Below, one piece after another: positions 1 through 14,100 of a DNA stretch of 64,000 nucleotides; the stretch's first letter is position 1; every line of letters starts with the position of its first letter. The translations under genes and the position numbers were made by a program. The stretch lies in assembly GCA_964247055.1 (NCBI GenBank), contig OZ176055.1:3224001-3288000 (forward strand). The letters run 5' to 3'. The stretch is from Paragordius varius (taxonomy: Eukaryota; Animalia; Nematomorpha). The notes beneath the pieces were generated by a model that saw nothing but the letters and a program-made list of their open reading frames with translations, had not been told where the DNA came from and searched no databases.

Positions 1-3000
1 AATTGTTCGAATTCAGTGTTTTTCAGGATTTGACTAGATTCATCATTGTTGTTCTGAGGCGTAGTAGTTGAATGGATAGTTTCGACTTTTATTTGTAACG
101 ATTCTATGTGAGACCATTTATGCCTGAAAAATGTGTATTAATGATCATTTAAAATACCAGGAATGCTTAATAAAAGGCACTTTAAGAGTACTAACTAACG
201 TTTTCAAAAAAAAATTATGAAACATATAATCTTAGACTTTAAATAAATTGCAAACATATAAAATAAATTTTAACGTTAATGTGTGTTTATAAATTATTTA
301 AACTTTTTTAATCAAAGATTTTAGTTAAATCTCCCATTTCGATGAGTTAAATAAAGATTCAAATACAATATACAAGTTATTTTTTACAAAGTTTGTGATT
401 TTATTAAACAAGCCTTTATTTTTGCACAGTTCCCTTGTATATGATAATAGTGGCACAGTACTTAGCTTAAAATTAAAGTTTATCATAATCTTTCGAGTAT
501 AAGGCATACTGAGTCAAGTCAAGGTTTTTAATTGTCATGTGCTTGTAAAAAACTCCTTGCGAAAAAGAAGGTTTTTGCAGAACATTCAAAAAGGGTCTAA
601 ATTACCCCAACCTCACCGCAGAGAGATAGCGGTATAACATATAAATTATGTAAGAAAGAATAATTTTAAATCAAAAGTGTTCAACATTCAACGCTCCGAT
701 ATATCAATGCAGCGCGCGAATTTTTAAATGTAAAATTTTTCAAAATCTTAATAAAATTGATTTTAAACAAAATTTCTGAATAAATATTTCCCAAATTTAG
801 CAATAAACTAGCAAATTGTGGAAATAAATAGAAGCGTTACAATTTTTCATGTTTGAAAATCTAATATAGTATATGTGAATGACTATATATTTTACGAATA
901 CTGCCCGCTAAGCCATCTGACTATTTTAATATTTGGAAAAAGAAATGACTAAACTGTGAATATACATTTGTTCTTCGATATCTTCCAATTGTTTAAGGAC
1001 GTTAATTTGTTCATCTTCGATTTCTTTCATTTCATCCGAAATCTAAATATTGTCGTAAAATATTTTTTTATTATAATAAGTTTTGTCTTAATTGATGTAA
1101 CAAACTGAGTGCTACATTTCTAAATATATAAGAAAAATATTAAATTATTGTTTGAAAACAGTAAAAAAAAGTTTAAATCATACATTAAAGAATCAATCAA
1201 AAATATGAACAGATGTCAATTCTCAAATATATTTAATTTAAAAAAACTTATACAAGCGTGTCGTTTAAAATTCATTGAAGGCAAATGTCATTTAAAATTC
1301 ATAGAAAATGTGCTTACCATATTTTCGGTTTTGACAACCATTTTCTGAAAGGTTTGCCATTCATCTTCAAAAACTTCTTGAGGTAATTTGTCACCACGCA
1401 TCTATTATCATGGATTAATATAAGCATATATATATATATATAGATATATATATATAGATATTTACAAATTTCACTTATAAACAACTAAGCTAAATTCTCA
1501 GTATTTATTTCATTAAAAAAAGTTTAAATATGTTTTACGGATTTTTTGATTTAGTTAAAACCAGGGGTGTTAAACACGGGGCCCGCGGGTCACATGAGCC
1601 CAAGAATTTATAATAGCTTGTGTAATAAAATTTAAAAATTATAATTTGCAAAAATCTTACAAGATTTTAATAAAATAATATTTTTAGCCAATTTTTCGAA
1701 ATAAGTGTATTTTGGCAAATTTAGAAAAAATTGTTATATTGTGTTTGTTTTACAGTCATAAGTTTGAAATCTAATAAGTTATTATAAATGCCTATATATA
1801 TTTCGTATTTGGCGCGGAGGGGTTTTAGTCAAAAATACAGCCCCGAAGTCATTTGTGTTGAACACCCCTGGTTTAAACTTTGAGTCCTTATATAATTATG
1901 GCTAAAAAATTATTTGATATTAATTATGCATTTAATACTCTAAATTTGGTAAGTTGTGCTAAACAAAAATATATTCTAAAATTTATTAATAAAAACGAGC
2001 CTTTTCCATTAGCGCAAGTACAGTCATGTATGTTTATAAATGTCAAACATACGTTTTTAATTGATTTTACTTTGTTTGTGATTGTTATGATGTTTGATAT
2101 GTCAACTTTCAACATGCGCATTTTAAAGCCTTAAAATAATAGCCTATTTATTGTAAACAATTAAAAACAAAGTAAAACAATTAAAAAACGTATGTTTGAC
2201 AATTCTAAACATACATGACTGTATATGCAAATTAATTTAACATTGTTACCGTATATGCCAAACACCAAAGTTTTTTTAAAAAGGGAAAACTATTAATTTA
2301 CAAATAGTTGAAGATTAATTCAAATTACATTTTCCAATCTGGAAAAAATATAAAAAGTTTATAAAAAAATGTGCAATATATATTAGTACTGAAATGATGT
2401 TTAAGTTATGGCATATTGAATACACTGTTAATCAAGAGTACATCTCTAAAATAAAAATATTTTTTAAAAATTATGAAAACGATTAGATAATTTTTTAATA
2501 AAAATGTTTGAATTCCAACATATTTAGAATCAGTGATTAAAAATAAATATTTTAAAAACCATTTAAAGCGATATGGCTTTTATTAAAATGTATATACAGT
2601 AACCCTATAATATATTTAAAGATTAACAACACTTCTAAACTAATTTGTTAATGTTGATCATCGTGTATTAATTTTTAAATCCTATGGGGTTACCATTTAA
2701 GTGAATTTTCGTAAGTTTGTAATTATTTTAAATTTTCTAAATAAGCTAAAAAAATTTTTATCAAATAGAGTGATGAGGATTACTTTTTTTCAAAAAATTC
2801 AATGGAGGGGGTCATTATATGGAACTACTTTATTTTAAAATTTTTACTTTGGCATCTATGGTTGGGTCATCGAAAAAGCCTTTGGGAACAAGTTTACCAT
2901 CTTTTGTAACAAGGATGGAGTCGGTTTTTTGTATGTTCTCCTCGACCGGTTCTGATGGTGTTTGGTCATTGGAACCATCAGTTTTATTAGTTGCGATTGG

Positions 3001-3493
3001 TTCCTTCGTATCTTCTGTGTCCATTTGTTTCTCAATACTATTATCTAATTTAAAATAAATCTAAAACAAAATATTACCTTTTGATGGTAAATCTTCTTTT
3101 GTCTTTTTTGATAATGGCGCTGTAATACAAGATATATCAGTTTTTCGTTTTAAAATAGACTTTTTAGGAGCTTCTCCTGGTAAGGAAGGTGGAACGTTTG
3201 CAGTTACAGGAATACTTATTGGCTTTGCTGAATAAAATTTTTCGCGTTTAGCCTGCTTAAGCTGCTCTATAATCTTACTTTAAATGCAAAATATAAACCT
3301 TTGTATGATCTGAGCTAACAATATGAGCGGACCAATTTTCGTTTTTAACTGGTATTTGACATAATTTGCAAGAGAGTTTTCCGAGTTTATCATATTTTGC
3401 TAGGGGTGATTCAATTTTATTGGCAGATATAGAAACATCAGCCCGTTTGGCCATTTTTTGAAGCTCATTCATATTGATCTTCTTGTTAGCCAT
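1..3493 (-). CDS. ZNF830: Zinc finger protein 830-like (CCDC16), 3' end outside window
   Basis: Exons 3493-3299, 3273-3078, 3044-2848, 1401-1318, 1042-966, 123-<1; all GT-AG and phase-consistent. Motifs: KIESPLAKYDKLGKLSCKLC..HIVSSDH (zinc finger), VPKGFFDDPTIDAK, EDEWQTFQK, EDIEEQMHKWSHIESLQ, matching recalled ZNF830 motifs. Confidence 0.88.
1562..1870. mobile_element. hAT-type MITE in ZNF830 intron 3
   Basis: TIRs CAGGGGTGTTAAAC ... GTTGAACACCCCTG; 8-bp flanks GTTAAAAC / GTTTAAAC (TSD with 1 mismatch). Confidence 0.8.
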
Positions 3494-3583
3494 TTCAGGA
3501 CTTTTTAATCAGAACTGTTTAACGCAAAAAAGCACAGCGTGTTATATAGGACCGCATGTGTTATGCTAAATATATATTTTTAA

Positions 3584-4163
3584 CACTTGGATACAACACA
3601 CTCATTTTAGTCCTTCGATTCAAATTGGGGTAGTTGGATACCCCAGGCCTGTTGAAAATCAAATACTTTAAAAAGTATGGAAGGAATCGAAACCATGGCA
3701 AAATTTTGCACTTATATAACATTAATAAACCTAAATATATAAAAAATTTTATTCAAAAATACTTGATATTACACATTTTAAGCTAAAACTGAAAGGTATA
3801 TATTTCGTCAACGTGACATGTGACAAATTGTAAAATTGAAAAATTATACAAACTAAACCGCTTTTTCTATTTCTATCAATGTTAGATGTAATTTATATAA
3901 AAAAATAGCTTTAGTTTTAGCCTTAAATATAAATAAAGACGATATTTTGCAAAAAAATTTTAAAATAAAAATGGCGTCTAAGTAGTTTGAGATAGAGCTT
4001 TTTTTTCAAAACAAAATTTTATTTGGATATTTTGGTATATTTATATAATTTATTAGGATATAAGTATAAATTTAAATTAGGACCGTTTCCTTCAGTAGTT
4101 TTTTAAAAATATTGATTTAAATTAAGTCTGGGGTATTTAGATACCCCAATTTGAATCGAAGTG
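3584..4163 (+). mobile_element. piggyBac-like non-autonomous element (MITE family P), copy A
   Basis: Flanked by TTAA at 3580-3583 and 4164-4167. Ends CACTT...AAGTG. Subterminal inverted repeat TTCGATTCAAATTGGGGTA lies behind a ~25-bp spacer at the left end and is contiguous with the terminus at the right end. Confidence 0.85.
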
Positions 4164-4167
4164 TTAA

Positions 4168-4600
4168 CACTTGGATACAACACACTCATTTTAGTCCTTC
4201 CGTTCAAATTGGGGTAGTTGGATACCCCAGGCCTGTTCAAAATCAAATAGTTTAAAAAGTATGGAAGCAATCGAAACCATGGCAAAATTTTGCACTTATA
4301 TAACATTAATAAACCGAAATATATGAAAAATTTTATTCAAAAATACTTGATATTATTTATTTTGAGCTAAAACTGAAAGGTAAAAATTTAGTCAACGTGT
4401 CATTCAAATTGTAAAAAAAAATAATACAAAATAAACCGCTTTTTCTATTTTTATCAATGTTACATATAATTTATATAAAAAGGCTTTAGTTTTACCCTTA
4501 AAATTAAATGAAGACGATATTTTGCAAAATTTTTGTAAAATAAAAATGGCGTCGAAGTAGTTTAAGGTGGAACTTTTTTTCAAAACAATATTTTATGAAT
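4168..4600 (+). mobile_element. MITE family P, copy B (3'-truncated, shares TTAA with copy A)
   Basis: Starts CACTTGGATACAACACACTC immediately after TTAA 4164-4167; colinear with copy A to about 4600. Confidence 0.8.
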
Positions 4601-4764
4601 TCTTTTAAAAAACAAATTTGATTTAGTCTTGAAGACGAAGGGATCTCTTAATTTTGAGGTGATAGAAATGTTTAGCTCATTAGATTTTATTGAAAAGGTG
4701 ATTTTATAATGTTTTGCTTTTTTATAGCGTTTTCATAATGCATCAAAATAGAATGTACGCTTAA

Positions 4765-5333
4765 CACTTCGATTCAAATTGGGGTACCTAAATACCCCAG
4801 ACTAAATTTAAATTAAATTTTTCAAAAAACTACTAAAGGAAACGGTCCCAATTTAAATTTATGCTTCTGACCTGATAAATATTATATAAATATGCCAAAA
4901 TATCATGATAAAATTTTGTTTTGAAAAAAAAAGTTCCATCTCAAACTACTTCGACGCCATTTTTATTTTACGAAAATTTTGCAAAATATCGTCTTCATTT
5001 GAAGGGTAAAACTAAAGCTTATTTTTTATTAAAATTACATCTAACATTGATAGAAATAGAAAAAGCGGTTTATTTTGTATTATTTTTTTATTTTACAATT
5101 TGACACATGTCACGTTGACTAAATTTTTACCTTTCAGTTTTAGCTCAAAATAAGTAATATCAAGTATTTTTGAATAAAATTTTTTATATATTACGGTTTA
5201 TTAATGTTATATAAGTGCAAAATTTTGCCATGGTTTTGATTGCTTCCATACTTTTTAAAGTATTTGATTTTAAACAGGCCTGGGGTATCCAACTACCCCA
5301 ATTTGAATCGAAGGACTAAAATGAGTGTGTTGT
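4765..5333 (-). mobile_element. MITE family P, copy C (inverted)
   Basis: TTAA 4761-4764 followed by the reverse complement of the copy A right end; colinear to ...AAAATGAGTGTGTTG. Confidence 0.8.
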
Positions 5334-5518
5334 TAAACAAAATTCTTTAAAAAAAATAAATTTTCGAAAAAAAGTATGCATTTTTTAAAGATATATTTAG
5401 TTAATATAATAAAATTTTTATCGCGCAATCTCTGCATTTTTGCGTTTTATTTCAGAAACCTATGGGATTTCGGAGCCTTCATCAAGAATTTTTTTTAAAA
5501 AAAGTTCTGCTTTTTTAA

Positions 5519-6045
5519 CACTTAGATTTAAATTGGGGTATCTAAACCCAGGCTATATCGAGTTAGTATTTTTTAGCTATTATCCTAATAAAAATGAATA
5601 AATAAGCTATAATATCTAAAAATTTCGTTTTGAAAAAATAGTTACATGTCAAACTACTTCAACGCCATTTTTATTTTACAAAATTTTTATAAAATATCGT
5701 CTTCACTTAATTTTAAAGGTAAAATTATAGCTTATTTTTCGTTTATATTGTCTAACATTGATAGAAATAAAAAAGTGGTTTATTTTGCATTAATCATTAA
5801 TTTTGCCATTGCACACATATCACGTTGACTAAATTTTTACCTTTGGGTTTTAGCTTAAATAAGTAATATCAAGTATTTTTGAATAAAGTTTTTTATATAT
5901 TTCGGTTTATTAATGTTATATCAGAGCAAAATTTTGCCATGGTTTCGATTCCTTCCATATTTTTTAAACAATTTAATTTTAATCACGCCTGGGCTATACC
6001 TTAATTTGAATAGGCGGATTAAAATGAGTGTGTTGTATTCAAGTG
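5519..6045 (-). mobile_element. MITE family P, copy D (inverted, more diverged)
   Basis: TTAA 5515-5518 and 6046-6049; ends ...AAAATGAGTGTGTTGTATTCAAGTG. Confidence 0.75.
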
Positions 6046-6460
6046 TTAAAGGTAGTTTATAATAAATTTTAGTGATATTTTTTGGATGAAGCATTTAGAT
6101 TTCTCCAAAAATAATTTTTATTACAAAAAATGTGCTTAAATTTTGCCATTGATATGGAGCACTTATCACAAAAGTGAAAATAACTTTCTTAAAACACTTG
6201 TAAGCTCCAAAACCATCTTGTGATTCCTGATACATTTTTCTATCAGAATGTATTCATTTTACCAAGATATTTTTGGCCCCCAATTTCGTAGACATTGTGT
6301 ATTCCACAATGTCACAAAAAATATTATGATGACATGCTAGAAAATGTATCAGGATTATCATGTTATTTAGGTTTTGGACCTTATGATGTATTAAGAAGTA
6401 ATTTACACATTTGATGTAACTGCTTCACATTAGAATTGGCCAAATTTGGGCATATTTTAA

Positions 6461-6908
6461 CACTTAGATACAACACATTCATTTCCTTCGATCCAAATTG
6501 GGTAACTATTTATCACAGGCTTGTATGAAATCAAATATCTCAAAAATATGAATTTATCAATTTGCACTTATATAATATTCATGTCCCTAATTATAAACAA
6601 CAGATATTACTTATTTTTTAGACAAACCTGAAGGTAAAAACTTTGCCAAAATGACATGTGAAATTAATTTAATAAAAAATAATCCAAAATAAAGCATTTT
6701 TTCTCTTATAATGAATGATATTGGATCGATATTGATAAATTAATTAATTTTAGATTTGGATCAAATATACATATTTTCCAGAAATGTTGCAAAAAATATG
6801 GCAAAAAACTAGTTTAATAGAATTAAAAACTCAATTTTATTAAATTGGAGGATTTTTAGTTAGTTTTTAAGTAATATCATTTCAGTTACCCCAACTTGAA
6901 TCATATTG
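6461..6908 (+). mobile_element. MITE family P, copy E (degenerate)
   Basis: TTAA-CACTTAGATACAACACATTC start and ...TTACCCCAACTTGAATCATATTG end. Confidence 0.65.
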
Positions 6909-7629
6909 TTAGGCACAGTGAAAACGGTAAATTAAAACTTTTAGTATTTATATAAACATTTTTAATGGAAATTCGATGTTGCTGAACTTTTTCATATCAT
7001 AATTTTGACAAAATTATTCGTTTGTCCTCAAACCTAAGCTGTCTTATTTGTTTTTTAAATATATTTTGCTTAAATTTAAGAGTAACGAATCTTTTAATCA
7101 AAAAAAGAGTTTAAAAGAAAATTAATTTTATAATTAAAGAGATATACTCTTTTCACCATTAGCCCCTTGGTTAAAACAAACAAATCGTGTCTTTAAGACA
7201 TTTTCCGGAAAACGTGTCGGCCCCTTAAAATCAACAAAAATTTTTTTTATTTTATTTCGAATTCACAAATAACCTTTGGCCCGTACAGAGCCCTCGTATT
7301 TTTCTGCTACCACCATAAAATATTGTTGCAAATCCCGAAATAATTTTTTAGCACCTAAGTTATCCAGTATAAGGCAAATCTCGCAAGGCTCTAGCCGCTG
7401 GATAGGGCTCCACTTTATGTAAAATGCGCCAATGGCTGTGAAGCTAATTTTTACTCAATTATGAGATTATATCAATTCAATAATAATAGTTTTAACAATT
7501 CTTATATAAAAAGAAAATATAGTATCTTTTTCATTGACCTGCTGGGTAAGGCAATTCTATCTTGTGTCGAAAATCGGTGGCTATAAAAAATATTTTGATG
7601 AAATATATATATATATATATATATATAGA

Positions 7630-8750
7630 TAGATGTATTTTTCTGATAGGAAAGTATATCAGGATTATCATAATGGTTGTGGTATCAAAATGAACTGGTA
7701 CTAATACATACCAATATTTTTTCATCATTAGTTTAAATCACATTAGTTTTGGCCTTTATGGATAATAAAAATTATTCACACTTTTTTGTGGTAAAGCTCC
7801 ATATCAGAAAATGGCGTAACCAAAAAATATCATTAAAATATATAAACTACATATAAAATGTAATACAATATTTTTAAAAAAATTTACATACAAAATGTTG
7901 ACAAAGTCCCATATTTTTTCGCCCTTCTATTGGCTAGTTTTCTTTAAATAAACGCAAAGCTGCCGAGATTAGATAAAATTTTTTAATTTAATTTTGATAT
8001 CAAATAAAGGTATTTTTTAAATATGCATAGTTTAATTTAATTTTTAGCAAAATTTTCTTGAAGCGTATTTCATACTATTTTAAGGCATGTTTCGGAAATG
8101 GCATAAAAACGGTTAAGATATATTTAAAAACATTTTTATCATTCAATGATGCTAAACGTTTTTATCACCTCGACATTTTAATTTAAATGTTCTTGCTAAA
8201 TTTTGGTAAATATCGTAACAATTCAATTTATATAACATAATAAGGGACGAATATTTATCAAAATTTTGAGGTGATAATGTTCAGCATCATTGAATATATA
8301 AAAAAATTTATAATATTTTAAAGACCGTTTATGATATTTTCATCATGCCTCAAATTAATTTGAAGTAAGTTTTATAAAATATTCATTATTTCGGAAAAAA
8401 TTTTGTTGATGCCAACCAAAATTAAGCAATTTAAAAATTTTATCGCGCAATCTCGGCATTTTGGCGTATATCTTAGGGAACAATCAATTTTAGAAGGTCG
8501 AAAAATTGGAAACTGCCCATTCAAAAATTTCAAATTGTATAGAAATATAGTTTTGCCTTTTTATGAAGTTTATAATATATATTTTAGTGATATTCTTTGG
8601 AATAAAACATTTGAATTACACCAAAAAAATTGTTTAATAAAATATGCCCAAATTTTGCCATTTTCTGTTATGGACAAAAGTGCAATAATGTTTTATAATC
8701 ACTCTTATGGCCTAAAACCAAAAACACCATAATAATTCTGATATATTTTG
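7630..8750. repeat. ~1.1-kb (TA)n-flanked inverted-repeat element family; related copies at ~26100-26820 and ~32625-33625, fragments at ~5340-5510 and ~6050-6460
   Basis: End motif TGATAG(G)AAA(A)T(G/A)T(A)TCAGGATTATCAT recurs in both orientations; shared internal block (T)CGCGCAATCTC(T/G/A)GCATTTT at ~5420, ~8445 and ~33330; (TA)n tracts at 7603-7627 and 8757-8803. Boundaries approximate. Confidence 0.6.
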
Positions 8751-8754
8751 CTTA

Positions 8755-8808
<54 letters not shown>

Positions 8809-11146
8809 TAATCACAGCGATGCGTGATATTTACATATATATTTATTTAAAAATTTATATTATCGCAAAATCGCAAATGATCTCTATCTCAAGAAAAAAT
8901 ATATTTGAATTTATTTTTTACAAAAAATATTTAGTTTTCATACAATATTATTTAATATTTTTTTCCACCAGATACATTGACAATAAAAAATTCATTTCAA
9001 CTTTTTGTTTCTGGCTTATTTGGTGCTTTAAAACACCTTCAAATTAGTTTGTGGACAGTTACCCTTAAATAGCCGCCGTTTAATTTATATTTTTTATTTT
9101 AAAGGCAGTGAGTGAGTTAACTCAAATATAATTTTTTTCTTATTACATAGCTATAGAAAATTTTTGGATTCCACAATATAATATTAAAAATTTGAGAAAT
9201 CAAACTAATTCGACGTTTTGGCTTTATTTATAGTTTCCATAAAAACTTAACTGATTTGGATTTCAACACCGTTTATTAAAACAAATTTTAAAACTTGTAA
9301 GAATATTAAATATTTTTTTTACACTATTTTCAAAATGTACTTTATAATATATTTAAATTAAAAAAATGACACATATAATTAAAAACATTATTTTTTCATA
9401 ACGAGCATGGACAATATAAAAAAGGACCACATTTAAAAACTTTAAGTGGAAAAATAAAATGTCGGCAACTAATATCCAATTATCGAAATTTAATTTATTC
9501 AAAGCTGAAAAAAAAATTCAACTTAGGTAAAAACGATAAAACACTAATTTTTAATTTATAAGCAGCAAAAATATTAATATGAGAATATAAGGTTTGAGTT
9601 TATTTTAATAAAGTTATAACCTTGAGATACTCTTGTTACAGAAGTCTCATATTTTATGAAAAAAATGTTTAATTAAATGTTTTTTCACCTCTCTAGAATT
9701 CTTGTAAGGTTGAGCTGGCATTTCAACTTTATAAAAAACTTCATCTACTTTTTAACTATTTAAATTATGATTATTCCATAAATAACTTGCCACTTTAATT
9801 AATTAATTAATTAGTTAAGAATGTTATGGTACACATACTTTAATTTTAATACTAAGATGAATTGTTATTTAATTAGTTGCGTTTTCAAGTGGTATGGAAG
9901 GATAAATCTAAGAATATATATATATTCCAAGATTTATAGTTTTTTTTTCTTGTGTGCCTATTTTTCCCTCGTAAAATTTGTTGGAAACAATTTGTGTCAA
10001 GTTGTGGAGACACTTGAAACACTCGAAAAGAATGACAATTATTCAATTAACAAATTAATTAATTAAAGAATATATATATATATTGCGCAAACTCTACGTG
10101 TTTACCATTGGAAAAAATCCATTTTTGGATATAAGAGCTATTTGTATGAAAAAATACTTAAAATATATTATATTGTTGTTGATAATGCATTAAAAATATT
10201 GAGATATAACTTTGAAATTTTGAATATGGAAGTTCCTAATTCCCAGACAGAGAAAAATACTTTATTTCATTGAGCATATATTGTAAAATTGGTGTTAAAC
10301 GATAATAAATTACAATAAAGATTTAAAAATCCTGTTTAAATATTATATTATTCTTAGATATTTTAAAAAAACTGAGGTCAGTATTAACTAATATTTGGTT
10401 ATGATTTTTAATCGTACACATTCCCATTCGTTTTAACAGAATATAGATCTTGGCATAGTACATATAATAATAATAATAATGTAAACCCATAAATTACAAA
10501 ACAAATTATTTTTAACAGTTAATTAAAATTCAAAAATTAAGTATTAAAGTTATCAAAACCATTTCAAAACCTATAAATTATACAGGTGAATAATTTAAAA
10601 ATTTTTTTGTGTAAAATGTCAACGATTAAAAACCTATAAATTTCATTATTTTGTCGGGTTTTAATAAAAAATTACTAATTTTTCGCTATACAACCAAATT
10701 TTTATTTCCAGAATAATTTAATTTTATCACAAAAACTTGGTGTTTAACCAACGAGGTTAATTTTAATTTCAAAAAAATAAGTTTTCAAAAGTGAAAATTA
10801 GATGTAGAAAATTTAATACTAATATTTTCTTCGCCATAATAATTATATTCATCATCATGTATTTCTTCCAATTTATATTGTATATTTTAGTTAGCTATCA
10901 TTAGAAAGTTTATATATGTATATATATATATATATATATATAAACCATATATGGTGGAAAATCTTGAGAGAAAATTTTTCGAGATTTATCACATAAAAAA
11001 ATTTATAATCAAAACAGCTCTCTTTCCTACGATTGCATTATTCCCCATACTCATATATAACTTTAGTCACAATATTTTTTAACGTGTAAAAACATTAATT
11101 CTTATATTACGTTGGAAATTTTTGAAAAAACCAAAACTTTTATAAA

Positions 11147-14100
11147 ATGATTTCAATTTCCCCAAGAGTATTATTTGTATCCATCTCGGTGTTTATGCTT
11201 ATTATGGGTGGAAACCTTGATAATCTAATTGGTCCAGCCCGTTTCTTATGGTCCGAGGATGGTGTCGGATGGTCGTCTGCAAACTACCATGTGACCAATG
11301 GCGGAGTTTCTGCTGCTTACTGGGGAGGAGGCGATAAAACTAAAAAAGAAATGGCTCGGAGTTTTATCCGACAACTTGAATCGTTCCCTAGGTAACGTAA
11401 CTTATATAATAAGTTTTTCAAATCTAAAATTTATTATTTTTTAAGTTTATATGGTTACAATTTGGGTTTTATAATTATTAAAGTGTTAAAAGCTAGTTTA
11501 ATTTGAAAACCTTTTGGGATTTACAACCTTAAAAATAACATTCTTTGCTTCAATATTTGAGAGTGCATTAGTTATTTTGAAACAATTAATTTGACATATT
11601 CGATGATTTTAAACACTTAAACTTCAGATTTAGTTATGAAAAAATTAATGCAAACAGTTTTATTATTTCAAATAGCGTCGAGATATTTATAAAATCTGAT
11701 AAATTTTAAAATTTAATATTCGCTTACAAACTTAAGTCAATCACATAATCTAATATTGTTAATTTTGTAATAATCATCCACGGTTAATGGTATCTTTTTT
11801 TTCCTTTTTAATAAAGGGTAAAGTTTTAATTAAGCCGAACCCGATAGCTTTAACATTCTGGACCGTCAATGTCGAAATATTTTTTAATTCTAGGGTTTGC
11901 ATCTGGGATGTCCAACACGCTTTTTCGCCGTACTCAAAAGTGCACTATAAAATGTTGCACTATAAAATGTTGTAAAAATAAAAAACCGGATTTGAACAAA
12001 ATTTTACGATTATTAAATTTATTATCCGAAATTGGGTTCTTAAGGAATAAAAAAAATTCAAAAATTATGAAAGCAGCCCCCGAAAAGATCTGTGTTGTAC
12101 ATCCCTGGTTTAAATTAATTTTTTACAGGAGTTTTTGTTTCATTTTTTTTACCCATCGTACATAAGTTAAAGCTAAAAAACTTTATTTTATCCTTGGTTT
12201 TATTCTTCTTACATTAGACCATTTTATTAATTAAACCGTTTTGCCATTACTTGTCAACTTTGATTGTCAATTTAATGAAAAGGCAAAGAAAGAAGTTAAA
12301 TTTTGTCACAATTTTAATTTCGAATTCCCGATGGATTACCAAAAATAGTGTTAAATGTTTATATTTAAAATAAAAAATTCAATAAAATTTTAATGATAAG
12401 TCTTGTTCTTAGACTTTTATGAAATTATTTTCATACAATCTTCTGGCTAGATAAACAAAAAAAATGAGTCAACAATCGGGAAAAGTCTAATATGAAATAT
12501 ATTATTCAAACACACCCAATAATCCATTGTTTGAATTTCTATCTAAAACCATTGTTGAGAATTTCGTTTTCCAAAATATAAATTTAGAGGAATGTATAAT
12601 TAATATGCAAAAAAAGATAGTAAAATAATTTATTGAAAAACGAAAATTAGATATAGGAAGGAAAATGATCGATCAAAATAAGCCATTTCGGTGATGGCTT
12701 TTATAAATTTATTTGTATAGCTAATAATTAACCTAATTTTATTCACACCTAAGGTATCCATTTTTATTTATCAGTCATTAAAAAAATATGATGAAACAGT
12801 ACCACAACTCAGAGTTATTTAACTCCAAAACATGGCTCTTTAAATAGAAACATTCTTGTTTGCGCAGTAAAATATCAAAACCAACACTGATTTGAAGCCC
12901 TGAGAAAATTTAGTAGGAGGAGAGAGTTTGATTTAATACGTGTATTTTAAGTATATTATTCTCATTCAAAAATTTACCTGTGTTCTATAGTTCTATCTAT
13001 ATTTTAATTATCGTAACTATAAGTTTTTCGTCTTTGCCCAGAGTATATGTATAGAAATCAACCATCTTTAAAAGTATTGGATTGTAATATGCAAAAAAAT
13101 TAAAATTACTATACTTAGTTAAAAAAATTTTTCTGACCCTATAAATAAAGCCAAAAAAAGCATATATCGATATATAAAGCATATCAATTCGCAATCTTGT
13201 CTAATTGATCAACATCCAAGGGATTAAAATTAGAGTATTTCAACTTTAAATTTTACCATAATAAGTTTAGGACAGTATTTTTTTCTGATATGTGCAAAGC
13301 TTTTCTATTTATATTGCCCTTGTCAATTCATAAAAAATAAAGTAGGAAGATATTTAGCTTATCCAGTTTTTCATAGTTTACTCTTAAAAGAGTGTCCTTC
13401 TCAAAAAACGAAAACTTTTATAAACTTATTCCTAGCCAGCCATCATACAAAAATATTTTATCAAATTTTTTTCTTAACAAACCAGAAAATGTTAAAAATT
13501 ATTATCTTTTAATCCCATTTGACACAATTAATGTTTCCAACTCTTCCGTAATTTAATCTTCTTTAATGATATAATCAGATATGTGTTAGTGTGTTTTACC
13601 CCTCTAAAAAAACTTTCCGTATCAAAGCACATCTCATAGATTATTTGATCGTACTAAGAAATAAAAATATTTATTTTTAGGTCACACAAAAGTAGTCAAT
13701 TATGTATACTGCCTAAAATTCAATTTTTTTCATCCACATAAGGTGATTCCTAAGTATTTAACCTAAAGCACACTTTGAAATGCTTCATTGCATTTAAGAT
13801 AAATTAAAAAACCATCATCATGATTATTGAAAAAAATATATGTATTAAATAAAAGTTATTAATATTTTTCTGCATTAATTTTCAATAAAAATGCATTTAA
13901 AACACTAACCGATATTACTTATTCTGGATATTATAAACTGGACTTAAATTCATAAATATTGATTAGATTTTTTTTCCAAATATTTACTTTATTATTATTC
14001 CAAATTTATGAGGTTTAAAAAAGTTTTATATAAGATATTAATAAGGGTAAAATGACTTTCAACATTTTTCATTCGTAGAACCAAAATGTATCATTAATAT

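Noticed and set aside
3580-6910. CRISPR-like or prokaryotic repeat array
   Set aside because: Units are ~580-bp TIR elements with TTAA TSDs. The window is spliced eukaryotic DNA with no cas genes or repeat-spacer periodicity.
7531-10066. Short ORFs containing YIYIYI runs and similar 60-110 aa AT-rich ORFs elsewhere
   Set aside because: They read through (TA)n microsatellites or MITEs, and have F/I/L/K/Y-biased composition typical of random AT-rich frames.
12787-12903. ATGATGA ... CTGA pair resembling a C/D box snoRNA
   Set aside because: No terminal stem or recognisable guide, it lies within a probable transposon remnant, and such motifs are frequent by chance in AT-rich DNA.
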